From a bacterium (lineage in GTDB: Bacteria > Electryoneota > Electryoneia > Electryoneales > Electryoneaceae), in the NCBI GenBank assembly GCA_963669175.1, contig OY769902.1, positions 5,216,001 to 5,280,000 of the forward strand: a DNA stretch of 64,000 nt, given 5' to 3'. The position numbers were made by a program, and so were the translations under genes. The notes beneath the pieces are model-generated. The model saw only the letters and a program-made list of their open reading frames with translations, was not told the origin of the DNA and ran no database searches. This document shows, in pieces, positions 20,019 through 30,144 of this stretch. How positions within the stretch are numbered: the stretch's first letter is position 1; every line of letters begins with the position of its first letter.

Positions 20019-20288
20019 ATGTCAAGTCCAGACTCTGATAAATCCAAGATGCGTGCTCTTGCATTTGGCGAGACTTTGCGACAGCTAAGAACCGCGAAAG
20101 GGTTCTCCCAGGAAGGGTTTGGGTTCGAGTGTGGGCTGGATAGAACCTACATCAGTGGAATTGAGCGTGGTGTTCGAAACCCTACCTTGACGACCATCGG
20201 AAAGATTGTTGATGCCCTTGCAATTTCCCTACCCGAATTCTTCCATAAAATGGAGGATTTGCCTCAGACACCAGGAAGTCATCAATAG
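20019..20288 (+). CDS. XRE HTH protein, R-M controller (C-protein)-like
   Basis: SQEGFGFECGLDRTYISGIERGVRNPTL plus the upstream C-boxes. Confidence 0.85.
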   Translation: MSSPDSDKSKMRALAFGETLRQLRTAKGFSQEGFGFECGLDRTYISGIERGVRNPTLTTIGKIVDALAISLPEFFHKMEDLPQTPGSHQ

Positions 20289-21050
20289 CCAAATTTTAGC
20301 TTGATTGAGAAATTTCCTGTCTTCAAAAACCAGGAAGTATTTTGACCCTTTTTGCACGGTTGTTTACTCCAAAAACATTGATTTAGCTCAATTAGGAACT
20401 AAAATGTTTCTATTTGACAGTGATTTTCAGACATACCCGAATATGGCTCGTTGAAAAAATAACAGCTTAGAGAAAATGAGTAGCAGGATAGCAAGGATGG
20501 TTTAGTTGTATATAATCAACCACATGGTGGTGGTGCAAAACCAAAATAGTTCGTTTTGCTTCCATATAAATCAGTTTGTGTCTGTGAAATCCATCCAAAA
20601 GCACTGGCAATGTTATCTCTATGTTGCAGCATTAACAATCCTTCATTGATAAATGGACGCTATAACAACCTAAAAAAAGAGTAATATGTAGATACCTCGA
20701 TTATTGCTATTTATGTAGTTGTTAAATATAATGATGGCTAAATGCTAAATCGTATGTGTGTTTCTTATTGATACACAATCACTTTCGCAGCAGACTACAT
20801 AGAAAACGCTTTTCTCCTGTACATCTGCCTGTACCAAAAAAGAGTGATAAATGAGCCTGTGAATCTCACACTACAGCTACGTCTCAATTTCAACAGGTGT
20901 TTCGTGGAATTATCGTGGGGCACTGGTGGGGCACTCACCTGTAAAAACCCTCAGCAAACGGTCATAAACCTTAACAACAGCAAATGCCTAAGTGTCATAT
21001 TTATTAGTGACATGTGATAATGGGTTTTGAAGGCTTGTCGATTCCAGGAC

Positions 21051-21094
21051 ACTCTTAATCCGTTGGTTCGGGGTTCGAGTCCCTGATGGCGCAC
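21051..21094 (+). repeat. att site: 3' half of tRNA-Lys(CTT), copy 1
   Basis: ACTCTTAATCCGTTGGTTCGGGGTTCGAGTCCCTGATGGCGCAC has the CTT anticodon loop and GTTCGAGTC T-arm but no 5' half. Identical to 40935-40978. Confidence 0.88.
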
Positions 21095-21107
21095 ATTGAT
21101 TTTCCAG

Positions 21108-21139
21108 AGCTTAGCTTGAGTCCCAAGCTGGGCTTTTTT
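21108..21139 (+). terminator. Rho-independent terminator-like hairpin after the att copy
   Basis: AGCTTAGCTTG-AGTCC-CAAGCTGGGCT followed by a T run. Confidence 0.55.
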
Positions 21140-21216
21140 CTTCTTCCCACTATTTTCCCATCCCATTATTTCTTACAATCCTATAAGAGATACTCAGCGA
21201 AAAACCCGGATATATT

Positions 21217-22407
21217 ATGACTACTAAGAAAAACAGATATGGTATCGGGTTTACAGAGAAATATGCGCACGATGCCCTAATAGAAGATCACCGAGAGCAC
21301 ACTGGAACCCCTGCGAATATTGAATTCATTTCAGAAGGGGAAACCCACCTTGCCGAGATTTATACCGGTATTGATACTGTTCGTTGTTATTGGCGTATTA
21401 CCAGAGAAGAATATTGGGAAATTGATGAAATCCTGAAAGCAGATCTGAGAGAGAGAAAGAAGAAGAAAATAAGGTTTTCAATATCCCACCCTGAGACCGA
21501 GTTCGGTGGTATCTATTTTCTTCATGCTGCATTTGAGTGTTATAAGCTACTCAGTAATAAAACTGAAAGTTTCAAATTTCCTGTCGCTTGGAAAGGCGAT
21601 TATCTTGAAATTATTATTAGGAAGCTTAACGATGATATAGTGAAACGGTTTGGGAAAGAGTTAACGGATAAAAGAATCTTTTTGTCAAATATACATGTAG
21701 CACATGATGTAGCATTTGATGGGGTCATTAGCATTGAATCATGTCCTTTTATGGGATTACATACTTATAAAGGGTATGGAATGTCATATAGAGAATATGA
21801 AGATAATTGGTCAAATAGACTTTTGATATGTAAAAATGTTGACTTATCAGTTATAAATGAGATTAGAAAGTGTGAGAGCAAGATCCCAAATCCTCAAGAA
21901 ATACACCCCAAAAAAGACGCCTTTTCAATATATACTTCAAGGTCACATTGGAAGGGTAAGAATAAAGAGGATTGGCAACCTACTGCAAATTTTACAAGAT
22001 TTGAGGGTAGGCATGAAACCAGAATAAGTCTGAGGAGAAAACTGAAATCCAGAGAGCTACTTCTTGAGGAAATTGGTTCATTATCTGCGGAATTACTGGA
22101 GAAGCAAATAGTCCTTCTGAATCGGGTTGGATTCTATGCAGATGTAGATTTTGCTTCTTTCGATATGGTCAAATTGGCGATTAAAAAATCAATCCCCTCT
22201 AAAACTAGACAACGGAAACTGCGGGAATTGGTCATACTATTTTGCGATTCAGATAAATTCTCCAATGAGGTAGTCAATAGCTATTACAAAGGGGTCTTTA
22301 TAAATGATCTGAAGGTGATGGTGCTCCCAAATGCACCGAATGGGTTCTTGTTGAAGGGCCTCTTTTCGGGATTTGTAAAATCCTACAGAAATAGTTTCCT
22401 CACATAA
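21217..22407 (+). CDS. Putative divergent replication initiator-like protein
   Basis: GIDTVR and TRFEGR motifs loosely resemble gene II/X-type Rep proteins. Located next to xis/int. Confidence 0.4.
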   Translation: MTTKKNRYGIGFTEKYAHDALIEDHREHTGTPANIEFISEGETHLAEIYTGIDTVRCYWRITREEYWEIDEILKADLRERKKKKIRFSISHPETEFGGIYFLHAAFECYKLLSNKTESFKFPVAWKGDYLEIIIRKLNDDIVKRFGKELTDKRIFLSNIHVAHDVAFDGVISIESCPFMGLHTYKGYGMSYREYEDNWSNRLLICKNVDLSVINEIRKCESKIPNPQEIHPKKDAFSIYTSRSHWKGKNKEDWQPTANFTRFEGRHETRISLRRKLKSRELLLEEIGSLSAELLEKQIVLLNRVGFYADVDFASFDMVKLAIKKSIPSKTRQRKLRELVILFCDSDKFSNEVVNSYYKGVFINDLKVMVLPNAPNGFLLKGLFSGFVKSYRNSFLT

Positions 22408-22483
22408 GTTCGTTTCTAATTGGGTGGATTCCTTTCAAATAATTCCAATTAACTATTGTATAAACAACAATAACCAATAGAAG

Positions 22484-22511
22484 AAAAAAACCCCGCCCCC
22501 GAAGGGGAGCG
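22484..22511 (-). terminator. Terminator downstream of the excisionase gene
   Basis: Minus strand reads CGCTCCCCTTCGGGGGCGGGG followed by a T run. Confidence 0.45.
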
Positions 22512-22540
22512 CCCCCCGGGAGGGAAGGAGGTTGGTAAAG

Positions 22541-22771
22541 TCAGCTCTTCCGAAATCGTTCAAGATCTTGAAAGAAGTCCTTCCTTGGTAATCGGATAAT
22601 ACCGCCGATTTTGTATGCCTTGAAGTGTCCTCTGTCGATGAAACGTTGAATGGTCCTGGGGGAGGTATTAAGGATTCTAGCGGCATCCTGAACCCTAAGC
22701 ATGGCCTCCTCCTCTCCAGCGAATCCTTCTCTGATCTTGTTCTTATCTATTGTCATGTCTCTTCTCCCCAA
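22541..22771 (-). CDS. Excisionase-family HTH protein
   Basis: MLRVQDAARILNTSPRTIQRFIDRGHFKAYKIGGIIRLP is HTH_17-like. Divergent from the integrases. Confidence 0.85.
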   Translation of the reverse strand: MGRRDMTIDKNKIREGFAGEEEAMLRVQDAARILNTSPRTIQRFIDRGHFKAYKIGGIIRLPRKDFFQDLERFRKS

Positions 22772-22908
22772 GTGAATGTACTATAATATACGTTTAGTCA
22801 TTTTGATTTATTTCTAATAGGTTAAATGGTCAAGGATCATTAACTAATTGTTAATAGAAAATGGTAAAAAGCCTCCCGTGCGTATATTACTAAAAGTGGG
22901 AGGTTGGT

Positions 22909-23961
22909 ATGGCTTCTATCAGGTGTAGGTCAGGCAAGGATGGTTATAACCGGAAATATATCCGGTATGAGTTCCGGGGTCGTCAGCGGGAGTGTTCCCT
23001 TGGTAAAGTCAATATGGAAATCGCCCGGAGGAAGTTAATTGATGCGGAAGGTCTCCTTCTGGATGGCATTGATCCAATGGAATTCCTAAAGGGCGGTTCC
23101 CGTTCCCTGAATGATCTTTATCTCCTTTCCAGCATGATACGCTCTTATTCAGAGTTCAAATCCCAGAATGGAAGAAATCGCCCTGTTACAATTGAAATCC
23201 GGGATCGTATTTTTTCTTCCCTCCCGGATTCACTTCTTCAAAAGGATGTTCGCTTCATTTCCCTTTTAGATCTCGAAGGCTGGATTTCTGAATATGGGTC
23301 AAATCATTCCCCGGGAGGGGTTAACCTTGCTATTCGGAATATCAAAGCCTTGTTCAATTGGTTATATAAACGGGATCATATTACCAAGAATGTTGCTTCC
23401 TCCCTCCAGCAGTCCCCGATTGATTCCTCTCGGGAGAGTTCTATTCTGGATTCATCCCAGGTGAATTGGCTTCTGGATTATCTTCCCCGGGAGAGCGATT
23501 TCTTCAGAGCGGTCTATTTTGCCATCCATTTCGGTTTGCGGAATGGCGAAATAATGCGTCTTACCTGGCCCCAAATCAATTTTCTTGATTCGTTCATACT
23601 GGTGACAGGGGTGGGGGCAAAAACTCATTCTGGGAGGAAGGTATCAGCTCCTTCTGAAAAGGTAATGGATGAAATTGCCTCGTGGGATTCCGTACGGGTT
23701 GGTAATGTCGTTCGTGTAAAGGATTCCGGGTACCTCAGCAAAAGGTTCAAGAAAATAGTAAAGCAGCAGGGGTGGGATGGCAATCTGTCATTCTACAGCC
23801 TGCGCCATACCTATATCTCAAATCTTGTTCGGAATGGTGCTCCTATCTCCCTTGTCTCGCGCTTGGCAGGGCATAGTAGTGTAGTAGTAACGGATCGGTA
23901 TTATAGCCATTTCAAGCAGGATGATTTGGCAAGCGCAGCTTCTGTTCTGAATTTCGGTTAA
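22909..23961 (+). CDS. Tyrosine recombinase/integrase, paralog 1
   Basis: FGLRNGE, YSLRHTY and [16 protein letters not shown] motifs. Confidence 0.9.
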   Translation: MASIRCRSGKDGYNRKYIRYEFRGRQRECSLGKVNMEIARRKLIDAEGLLLDGIDPMEFLKGGSRSLNDLYLLSSMIRSYSEFKSQNGRNRPVTIEIRDRIFSSLPDSLLQKDVRFISLLDLEGWISEYGSNHSPGGVNLAIRNIKALFNWLYKRDHITKNVASSLQQSPIDSSRESSILDSSQVNWLLDYLPRESDFFRAVYFAIHFGLRNGEIMRLTWPQINFLDSFILVTGVGAKTHSGRKVSAPSEKVMDEIASWDSVRVGNVVRVKDSGYLSKRFKKIVKQQGWDGNLSFYSLRHTYISNLVRNGAPISLVSRLAGHSSVVVTDRYYSHFKQDDLASAASVLNFG

Positions 23962-24207
23962 GTTGATAACAAAGATAAGTGCAATAGATAGCCTTTTGGT
24001 AATTCCCTTTTTAATATTGGTATCATTCAAAAAAGTGCGTTCTCCTTCCCGAAGGTTGGTACTTCATTTTGTTAGTGATATAGTTTAAATCTGGTCGCGC
24101 AGAATTCCCCTGTTTGTACGCTTGATTTTCTCCTGCCGACCCGGGTATAATCTCTTTAAGTAACTGTTAAGACTTGGGTTGTGGATCATTTTCAGGGGAG
24201 GAGTAAA

Positions 24208-25284
24208 GTGGCATCTCTCCGAGTGAGGAAAGGTAAGGATAAACGTTCCCGTTGGTACTGTCGGTATAACTTCGAAGGTAAGCAGGTTGAACTTTCCCTG
24301 GGGGCAATTAGTAAGAGTAAGGCCCAGCAGGTTTTAGTAAAGGTTGAAAACCTGCTGATAGAGGGGAATGATCCCAAGGATCTTTTCCAACCGGAGAAAA
24401 AAGAAGAAGTGGTACAGCTTACCCTTCGGCAATTGATCCGGGAATTCCAGAAGTACAAGTCTGAGTCCAACCGAAACCGTCCTTCAACAATTGTCTCCCG
24501 GGAGCGGGTCCTGGGGAGTCTACCAAGGAAGTTGCTTTCAAAGCCTGTTATATGGGTAAAGACCCAAGATATTGAGGTGTGGCTTGCCAAGTATAGCAAG
24601 AGTCATAACCCGGCCGGTACCAATCTGGCGCTCAGGTACATCAAGTCGGTACTGAACTACGCAGTAGATCGTGACATTATCCTTCGGAACCCGGCTAGGC
24701 CAATTCATGCGGCCCCAGTTGATGAAAAGCCAAAGTACCGGGCTTTGTCTGACGAGCAGGTACAGTTTCTGCTTCAAAATTCTGAGCGGGGATCATGGTT
24801 TCATCGGGGGATCTATATCGCTCTTCATTTTGGTATGCGGGCAGGGGAAATCATCCGGGTAAAGTATTCGGATATTGATCAGGATTTTGGTAGCATCCAT
24901 GTTCAGGGAGTCGGTACCAAAACTCATAAGTCGAGGGTAATTCCAGCCCCATCCAGCAAAGTAATCGAAGAAATCCTAAGTTGGGATAGAGAGCATCCTG
25001 AATTGGTGGTACCGTACAATTCTGTTTTCTTCCTCAGTACCAAATTTAAACGAATAGTACGGAAGCAGGGATGGGATGAGGTACTGAGCTTTCATTCAAC
25101 TCGCCATACTTACATCTCTAACCTTCTGAAACATGGGGCTCCTTTGTCCTTGGTATCCCGGCTCGCCGGGCATAGTAGCGTAGCGGTAACGGATAGGTAC
25201 TACAGTCATTTCAATAACGATGTCCTGGGAAGGGCGGCGGCTATGCTTGCATACGGTCCAGCTTCTTCGGATAGGGCCTTCTGA
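24208..25284 (+). CDS. Tyrosine recombinase/integrase, paralog 2
   Basis: FGMRAGE, HSTRHTY and [16 protein letters not shown] motifs. GGAGGAG RBS before GTG 24208. Confidence 0.9.
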   Translation: MASLRVRKGKDKRSRWYCRYNFEGKQVELSLGAISKSKAQQVLVKVENLLIEGNDPKDLFQPEKKEEVVQLTLRQLIREFQKYKSESNRNRPSTIVSRERVLGSLPRKLLSKPVIWVKTQDIEVWLAKYSKSHNPAGTNLALRYIKSVLNYAVDRDIILRNPARPIHAAPVDEKPKYRALSDEQVQFLLQNSERGSWFHRGIYIALHFGMRAGEIIRVKYSDIDQDFGSIHVQGVGTKTHKSRVIPAPSSKVIEEILSWDREHPELVVPYNSVFFLSTKFKRIVRKQGWDEVLSFHSTRHTYISNLLKHGAPLSLVSRLAGHSSVAVTDRYYSHFNNDVLGRAAAMLAYGPASSDRAF

Positions 25285-25513
25285 GCTCTTCAATAATATT
25301 TGTTGGATTAGTACTAATTGCTTTCATGTAATCGATGAACTCAACAACATCCATCCGGCGTTCGCCGCATTCTACCTTCGAAATGTAAGATTGGTATTCG
25401 CCAAGCGTTTCGGCTACCTCATTCTGAGTGTACCCAGCTTCCTTCCTCGCAGTACGGAGAAGTTTCAGGAATTTCTGGTATCGGTAAGGGTGTTTGGACC
25501 TTGAGTTGGTCAT
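25241..25513 (-). CDS. XRE-family HTH regulator
   Basis: [34 protein letters not shown]. Confidence 0.85.
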   Translation of the reverse strand: MTNSRSKHPYRYQKFLKLLRTARKEAGYTQNEVAETLGEYQSYISKVECGERRMDVVEFIDYMKAISTNPTNIIEELRRPYPKKLDRMQA

Positions 25514-26041
25514 GGAAACCTCTGGTCAAGTTCAGGGCAAATGTATATTCGATTTTGGAATATTCCAAATCGAGAGCCTGTCAGTATCCCGAAATGGGTT
25601 ATGCAGAAATTTGTAAGGCTGAAAATGGCGCTGATAATAAATATTCTAAATTGGGATATTGTTGGAGAAGGAGTTCTCAGGATATCAGATGAAAGCCAAA
25701 GCGTGAATCTTGTACAAAATCCCCTGGAGAGGGAAATTGAGCCGGGTAGATTTCCAAGGTGTAAATGAAGTGGCAAGGCGAGCCTGAGGCAGTATCGAGG
25801 GGGTTAGAGTATTACCGGGGAAGCTGCCAATGTTGCAAGCGAATAATCTGAAGATGGTAACCCAGTGATCCCGGCACGGGAATTCATCAAGTGTGAAATG
25901 GGATAGTGTTCAGGATTTGAATTGTTGTACTTCGCGTATACCGCGTTGAATCTCCTCCAGTGGTAGAAGAGTCATCCTCCCGGAGATCGCCCGAATATCG
26001 GGAGGTATGCCGCTTTATTTTGAAAGTATGAATAGAAATTC

Positions 26042-27416
26042 CGCTATGTAAACAGTCAAGGGTGTAAAGAGCCTTTGTATCGTCCCATGTGCCGTTCTGC
26101 TATTCGTGCTCGTGGCACAAGTTTTTTGTTCGCACGGAACAGCGGCGCCCTAAACTCGAATCGTTGTCAAGCAACAGAATAACTACCAGGGTCGCGTGTT
26201 CCCAATGGCATCGGACGATTCAATCACAATCTATGCTTTACCTACCTGCCAGCAGTGCTGGGGTTATACGCAGGCAGGATTGTAGTCTTGTTCTTTGACC
26301 AGCATGGCCCACAGTATCACGGCTAGTTTTCGTGCCATGGCGACGATCGCCACTTTCCGTGTTTTCCCGGCATGGATCGCATCGTATTTCTTCTTTGCAT
26401 ACGGATCTTTTTGCACCCAACGCCACGCAGCTTCGACCAATAGTTTTCGTAGATGGGACGGTCCCCAGTGGGTAATGTGTCCCATATGGCGTGTGTTGGC
26501 GCTTGACCATTCACACGGCGTCAAGCCAAGATGTGCGCCGACTTGCTTACCGGATGCGAAGCGTTCGGGACGATACATCTCGGTCACGAAGGCGTTCACG
26601 GTCAACTCGCCCACTCCCTTCACCTGGCGCAGGCGCTGGGTACGGTCCCGATACGTTGCGGACGCATTCATCGCCTTGATCGCTTTGGTGATCACCTTGA
26701 GTTGCTGTTCAATGGCCTCCAGCTCATCGAGAGCAACATCAATGGCTATCCGTGTCGCGGCCAGACAATCACACGTTCGCAACCAGCGCCGGTATTCCTT
26801 TGTCCAATAGCGTTGCGGCGGAAACGGTGACTGTAAACCGTGAAACAATAGCAGACTCTTGATTCGGTTTTTGACCCGAACGCGATCATTCATCACCTGG
26901 TCACGGGTGCGAGACAACTGACGATCCGCCTCTTCCTGTTCTGTGGGGACATGTACCCAGGTACGAGGTGGTGTCCAGAACATGTGGGCCAAGGTAAGGG
27001 CATCCAGATGATCGGTCTTCTGCTGCTTCGCTTGCGCCCCTTTGGGAACTTGGCTGGGCGGCGCGATCTGGCAGTCAACACCTTGGCCGATCAGGTAACG
27101 ACAGAGGCCAAAGCCGGTGAGGCCCGCTTCATAACACGCCCACATGCGGCAGTTGGGAAAACGGGCAAAGAAGCGTTCCCAAGCGGCTGAGTCATGCTTG
27201 ATCCGATTCTCAAAGAGCACTTCACCAGTCTGGGTGTCGAGCACAACGGCGAAAGAAGTCTGCGAATCAACATCCAGACCTATAGACAATGAACGGTCCG
27301 CTGCAATAACTTGGTTCTTCGACATGGCGCTTCTCCTTGTGTTGGAAAAATGGAATACTGCTAAGATAGCAGTTCCAACACGACTTGATGCGCCTGTCGT
27401 TTAACATAGGAACTCG
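26042..27416 (-). mobile_element. IS110-family insertion sequence (IS1111-like layout)
   Basis: Sub-terminal inverted repeats CTATGT(T)AAAC at 26044-26053 and 27399-27409. About 220 nt of non-coding sequence lies downstream of the transposase. Confidence 0.75.
26264..27325 (-). CDS. IS110-family DEDD transposase/recombinase
   Basis: GLDVD, CYEAG and KTDHLDA (DEDD); GLTPCEWSS; VAMARKLAVILWAML. Confidence 0.95.
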   Translation of the reverse strand: MSKNQVIAADRSLSIGLDVDSQTSFAVVLDTQTGEVLFENRIKHDSAAWERFFARFPNCRMWACYEAGLTGFGLCRYLIGQGVDCQIAPPSQVPKGAQAKQQKTDHLDALTLAHMFWTPPRTWVHVPTEQEEADRQLSRTRDQVMNDRVRVKNRIKSLLLFHGLQSPFPPQRYWTKEYRRWLRTCDCLAATRIAIDVALDELEAIEQQLKVITKAIKAMNASATYRDRTQRLRQVKGVGELTVNAFVTEMYRPERFASGKQVGAHLGLTPCEWSSANTRHMGHITHWGPSHLRKLLVEAAWRWVQKDPYAKKKYDAIHAGKTRKVAIVAMARKLAVILWAMLVKEQDYNPACV

Positions 27417-27852
27417 AAGATCCAAGCAGGATCATGAGATTGCCATTATCACTCCAAATCGGCTACCAATTAAGCGAGCGAGCTGGAATAGTGTTCAAAG
27501 CTACAAGCGCGGGGTGGTGTCATAAGGTTGTAAGATCGAAATGAAGTCGATTTGATGGCGGCAAACCCACCGCGAGGTTCTCATCTCTTGCCCGCCGGGG
27601 AATGAAGCGGAAAGTTTGGGGCTGACCAAAGAATTCTAAATCCGTTGGTTTTCATTGCATAGTCTTCTTCATCATCCTATTTTTTAAAGTTTTATTCTTT
27701 GGTAGGATTAACCGAACAAATATATTCCCATCCATTTCCCATCCAAGCTTCAAATACTTTGCTTTACTATCCTCCTTACTTTCTTCTTGCGCAGAAGTCA
27801 GCATTTTTTTACATTCCAACGACCATTTAAGCAACAGCACAGAGAGGTAGTA

Positions 27853-30138
27853 ATGGACCCCGCAAATATCTTTAGACCAGAAACATCCTATATTAGCAGC
27901 CATTTTACGAATTCCCGTGCTGGATACTATATCCCCTCATACCAAAGATACTATACTTGGGATTACAATCATATTGACTACTTTTTCGAGAACATCTGTC
28001 TCGGACTCAATTCTCTACCAACTCTGCAAAACGCACTAACTTTCATTGGTACTTTTATTTTGATTAATGATAATGAACATGAAACTATTGAACCATCTGT
28101 TCGTAGCCAACTTCCAGACAGAGTGAATGTAGTTATTGATGGACAACAAAGAATTTCAACCATCATTATGATAAGTATATTTCTACATAACTCTATAAAG
28201 TTTCTTAAAAATAAACTTGGCAATCTTAATACTGAACCTAAAATCTGGTTAGATGATTTTGCTTCAGAAGTAAATAATAAGCTAAAGAATGTATTTATGT
28301 TTGATTATGGAAGTGGTGAGGATGAGTTTCATTTTTATCCTAAATTAATTAGAGCACTTGAGGATCAGTGGGCTAAAACAAGAGCATTAGCTAAATATAG
28401 CTCTCCTTTGGCACATTTACAATCTAGTTATATTAAATATCTAAATGATGGCGATGCCAAAAGATTTAAGTATTCTAAACCTGATGATACTAAATATGAT
28501 GTTGTAGTTAATGCCATCAAAAGAATAGATCGTAATATTAAATATATTTCAGATGATAATAATTCTTCGTTTGATGTACTTGGTATTGATAAATACTGTT
28601 CAGATATAGAACTTCAAAAACTCTTATTTCGTGATCAATTAACTGATGAAGTAATAGACACATTACTTGATGATAATAATAATAATTTTAGGAAACTATT
28701 CCTCCAGATATGTTTTGCTCAATATTTAACAACAAATGTAATATTTACTATTATTACTACCAATAAAGATGAATATGCTTTTGATATATTTGAATCTGTT
28801 AATACGTCAGGTGAACCTTTGACAGCTATTGAGACATTAAAACCACGTGTAGTAAAAGCAGAGGGAGCTGCTAGTTATGAAGCATCAGAGTCTAGAAAAT
28901 GGTTAAATAAGGTGGATGAATATTTAAATCAATTTAAAAAAGCAGACGATAGACAAAAAGCAACTAGTGACATATTAGTACCTTTTGCATTATCTGAAAC
29001 AGGAACAAAACAATCTAGAAATTTAAATGCGCAACGTAAATATTTGAATGTAAATTATAATGGTTTAAATAGTCTTGAGAATAAAAGAATATTTTTGCGT
29101 AATATGTCCTTTACAATCGACGCCATAAATATCATAAATGGTAATGTAAATAATACAAAGTTGGAATCATGGAATAATGATCATACTGAATTCTTTGTGT
29201 CAATTATAAAAGTGATGAATCATAATATTGTGATATCATTAATTACCAGATTATATGAGAATTATTTATTGACAGAGGATGATGGTAAAGAAGCTGTAAA
29301 AAATGATATCGAAGATATGATATCAAGAATCGGTTCATTTTTTGTCATATGGAGATGTAGTAGATATGGAACCGATCGTATTGATGATATATATAGAACA
29401 TTGTTGCGGACTGGTGACGAGGACATAAACATAGGAGCACAAATGGCATTAAAAGAAGGTAATTACAATACAAGAATAGAGATTGAAGCAGTTAAGAAGT
29501 TTATGAGTAATAGATTAATGAATCAAGGTGGCATAATAGGAAAAGAAAGGTTTATAGAAAAAGCAACAAAGCTTCCTCTTTATGATTTAGGAAACAAGCT
29601 GGCAAAGATAGTATTACTTATATCCATGGATGGATATATTACTGATGATGCAGTTCCAGGTATGCTTAAAAAAGCAACACCTGGTGTTACTGATACAGCA
29701 ACTTCAGATTGGATTACGGATGAGGAAATATCAGTTGAGCATATAGCACCACAAACAAAAAAAGAAGGGTGGGAGGAAGAACTTTATAGCGATTCAGAAT
29801 TGATACACACGATAGGAAACTTGACCCTGTTACCAAAATGTGATAATTCAAGAGTTGGTAATAAGGGGTGGGATTCAAAAAGACTTTACTATAAAATGCT
29901 ATCTTCAGAGTCAGCAGATGAGAGATCTACGTTAATAGAGGAAATAAATAAAAATGGATTTAATATAACAGAACCAACGCAGAAAATATTGGAAAACGCA
30001 AAATACTTTCCAGTTACCAAGACACTAAGCAATTATGAGGATCAGTGGGATAAGGATATTATTGAGCGGAGATCAAAACAATTATACGAAAATGTCTGGG
30101 ACTATTTGGAGAAATGGCTTATTTATGAAGAAGATTAA
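27853..30138 (+). CDS. sspE: SspE-like DUF262-DUF1524 effector
   Basis: IPSYQRYYTW, IDGQQR, FESVNTSGEPL and C-terminal SVEHIAPQ...IGNLTLL..N. Adjacent and convergent to sspBCD. Confidence 0.8.
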   Translation: MDPANIFRPETSYISSHFTNSRAGYYIPSYQRYYTWDYNHIDYFFENICLGLNSLPTLQNALTFIGTFILINDNEHETIEPSVRSQLPDRVNVVIDGQQRISTIIMISIFLHNSIKFLKNKLGNLNTEPKIWLDDFASEVNNKLKNVFMFDYGSGEDEFHFYPKLIRALEDQWAKTRALAKYSSPLAHLQSSYIKYLNDGDAKRFKYSKPDDTKYDVVVNAIKRIDRNIKYISDDNNSSFDVLGIDKYCSDIELQKLLFRDQLTDEVIDTLLDDNNNNFRKLFLQICFAQYLTTNVIFTIITTNKDEYAFDIFESVNTSGEPLTAIETLKPRVVKAEGAASYEASESRKWLNKVDEYLNQFKKADDRQKATSDILVPFALSETGTKQSRNLNAQRKYLNVNYNGLNSLENKRIFLRNMSFTIDAINIINGNVNNTKLESWNNDHTEFFVSIIKVMNHNIVISLITRLYENYLLTEDDGKEAVKNDIEDMISRIGSFFVIWRCSRYGTDRIDDIYRTLLRTGDEDINIGAQMALKEGNYNTRIEIEAVKKFMSNRLMNQGGIIGKERFIEKATKLPLYDLGNKLAKIVLLISMDGYITDDAVPGMLKKATPGVTDTATSDWITDEEISVEHIAPQTKKEGWEEELYSDSELIHTIGNLTLLPKCDNSRVGNKGWDSKRLYYKMLSSESADERSTLIEEINKNGFNITEPTQKILENAKYFPVTKTLSNYEDQWDKDIIERRSKQLYENVWDYLEKWLIYEED

Positions 30139-30144
30139 AATTAA

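Larger units (their letters stand above)
7984..21094. mobile_element. Integrative satellite-like element A (int, AlpA/xis-like, rep, MuF, DGR cargo)
   Basis: Integrase-excisionase-Rep module, inverted arm-type repeats at both ends, and a tRNA-Lys att copy at the right end. The left att core was not found, so the left boundary is approximate. Confidence 0.55.

Noticed and set aside
18900-20950. CRISPR array or cas operon near the cas6 fragment
   Set aside because: I saw no regularly spaced direct repeats and no other cas genes.
21020-21100. Intact tRNA-Lys gene
   Set aside because: Only the anticodon loop to acceptor 3' strand is present, with no D-arm or 5' acceptor strand. The same holds at 40935.
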